Source: Callorhinchus milii
Taxonomy: Eukaryota
Assembly: GCF_018977255.1 (NCBI RefSeq)
Contig: NW_024704758.1
Span: forward strand, 9,238,001 to 9,302,000
DNA: 64,000 bases
Reading direction: 5' to 3'
Made by a program: the position numbers and the translations under genes. The notes below the pieces were generated by a model that was given only the letters and a program-made list of their open reading frames with translations, was not told the DNA's origin and did not search any database. Below are positions 62,291-64,000 of this stretch, piece after piece. Each line of letters starts with the position of its first letter. Within the stretch, counting starts at the first letter, position 1.

Positions 62291-63199
62291 AAAGCCCACC
62301 TTAAATAGACCTATCTATTTGACTGTACCTTCGCCTATTCCCCCACACACGTAGCTCAGGCTCCCAGTCAGGTCAGCAGCGTTGTGCAGCAGTTTGAGAC
62401 GTCCTCCCGAGGCGAAATCCTCTGTATAAATGTAAATTGTTATTGCATTTAAGCTTCTGTAATATGTTGCAATTGTGCAGTGCCCATTTAAGGCCAAATT
62501 ATTGAAGATATACAAGACCTTCCGATGTGGTTGGACAATGATTTGTTCAGTGAATCCCTGAGCACTGGACCACTTTCCTTTATTCTGGTGAATTTCATGT
62601 TTGAGAAGATGAGTGGTGCGACTACTGGGGAATGGATTTTTTTCAGTACTAGCAGCAAGCACGCCTAGGTCAAGCATAATGGGAATTTGATGAGGAGAAA
62701 ATCTCCTGCCTGAAACAGACTCTGAAAAGTACCAATCACCAGCCAAACCGCCTCATCTCTCTGAGCAAGACTGAGATTACACTCAGAATTCAGGCAATTT
62801 GGGACCGCAGGGGACAGGATTGAAACTGCCTCAACCGCTATCATTTAGGACGTTTGCAGTCAGGAAAATGGGAATATTTTCACCTCATTAGATATATTTG
62901 GATTTCAACTTGAGGTGTCTTGAACCTCGCAGCAGGTGGGAACAGGATAGGATGCGTGGGGCAGGATGGCAGACACACACACACAAGCTACATGTCCCAC
63001 ATGTGTGGTACCTGCACTATAATGCTGCCAGAGGATGTGGGGAGTTAGAATGAAGATTGATGAATTATCAGTGACTGCGGCTGGAGTTTTCATAACTTGT
63101 GCATGCACGTGTATCAGCTGATAATGATTTTGTATTTGTCAGAGGCATTAAGACGGATGGCTTCATATTAGCATGACCCTTGTATGATGCTAGTGGAAA

Positions 63200-63442
63200 A
63201 TAATAATCCTTGCATTTGATATCACTCCTTCCAAGTCAGGAGGACATCTCAAAGCACCTCACAGGATTCACTGTAAAGGGTACTCCTGTATTTTTATATT
63301 TTGTAGGCAGCCGATTTGCACACAGCAATCTCTCACAACCGATGGGACCATGGTTTAACGTTTAATCTGAAGATGCCTGACACTGCAGCACACCTCCAGC
63401 GCTACATTGGAGCGTCAGCCAATGTGGGGCTTGAACCCAGCA
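63200..63442 (-). mobile_element. Deu-domain SINE with internal deletions
   Basis: Tail, ggcagccgatttgcacacagc, ggtttaacgtttaatctgaag, tgcagcacacctccagcgctacattggagcgtcagcc, ggggcttgaaccc B box. Confidence 0.78.
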
Positions 63443-64000
63443 GGGTGGCTTGATCTATTGGCCCACTTTGAGACTGAAGATGCATTGTACTTAGAAGTTG
63501 CACACTGATCTCTCTAGGTATCTGCCTTGGGCTGGCACCCAGCATGAATCCTTGAGCATCAATCCAGAGCCCACCATAAATATGGTATTGCTTGCACAAA
63601 TTGTCTGCACCCAGCTAAAGTTGTTTTGATGAACCAAGAGCTTGCAAACCCATTACCTTGTGACTGAAACCTTCCTGACAGCCTTTTTTTCAAAGTTAAT
63701 AACTTGGGTTTAATTGTTATTCATGTGCAAACATTAACTGACTGGATAAATAGCATACATCATATGATTAGGACATTATGCTCTACAAATATGCCTAATT
63801 CCAGATCTAGTTAAAATACAGTGAACTTTTAATATTCCTTAACCTTCAGTAATAGGCTCTACCATATGTTTCGTGCAGCATGAGCTGGGTTTGACATTTT
63901 CTAAAGCACCGTGTTAAGCATGGCACTAAGCCTCTTTCAGTCACATATTCTTTTGTGGCTAACGTCTATCGTACAGTTTCCAAGTAATAAAGAGCTTTGC

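Noticed and set aside
1-64000. The many 60-190 aa ORFs in the track as host genes
   Set aside because: Those with recognisable motifs are LINE or transposase fragments or their antisense frames; the rest are short, non-homologous and form no exon chain.

Overview
Vertebrate non-coding DNA, almost certainly from a cartilaginous fish. The repeat repertoire matches what I recall for a holocephalan such as Callorhinchus milii, but the species is an inference. I found no intact host protein-coding gene, rRNA, true tRNA or CRISPR array, so the window reads as a large intron or gene desert. It is dominated by non-LTR retrotransposon debris: 3' fragments of L2 and CR1 LINEs, an RTE-like relic and a possible L1-like relic. 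Also present are a young tRNA-headed SINE with an L2-type tail (three full-length copies), older Deu-domain SINEs, AmnSINE2-like and LF-SINE-like copies, a decayed Harbinger transposase and MITE-like inverted repeats. Several AT-rich, homeodomain-motif-rich blocks free of recognisable repeats could be conserved enhancers. Most notable: (1) about a dozen 50-65 bp insertions made only of the L2 3' stem-loop plus microsatellite tail, several bounded by target-site duplications; (2) compensatory covariation in that stem-loop; (3) a doubly internally deleted L2; (4) a SINE linker complementary to its own 3' tail; (5) a 64-nt near-perfect hairpin in a candidate conserved element. Repeat family names come from recalled consensus similarity, not database searches, and most boundaries are approximate.
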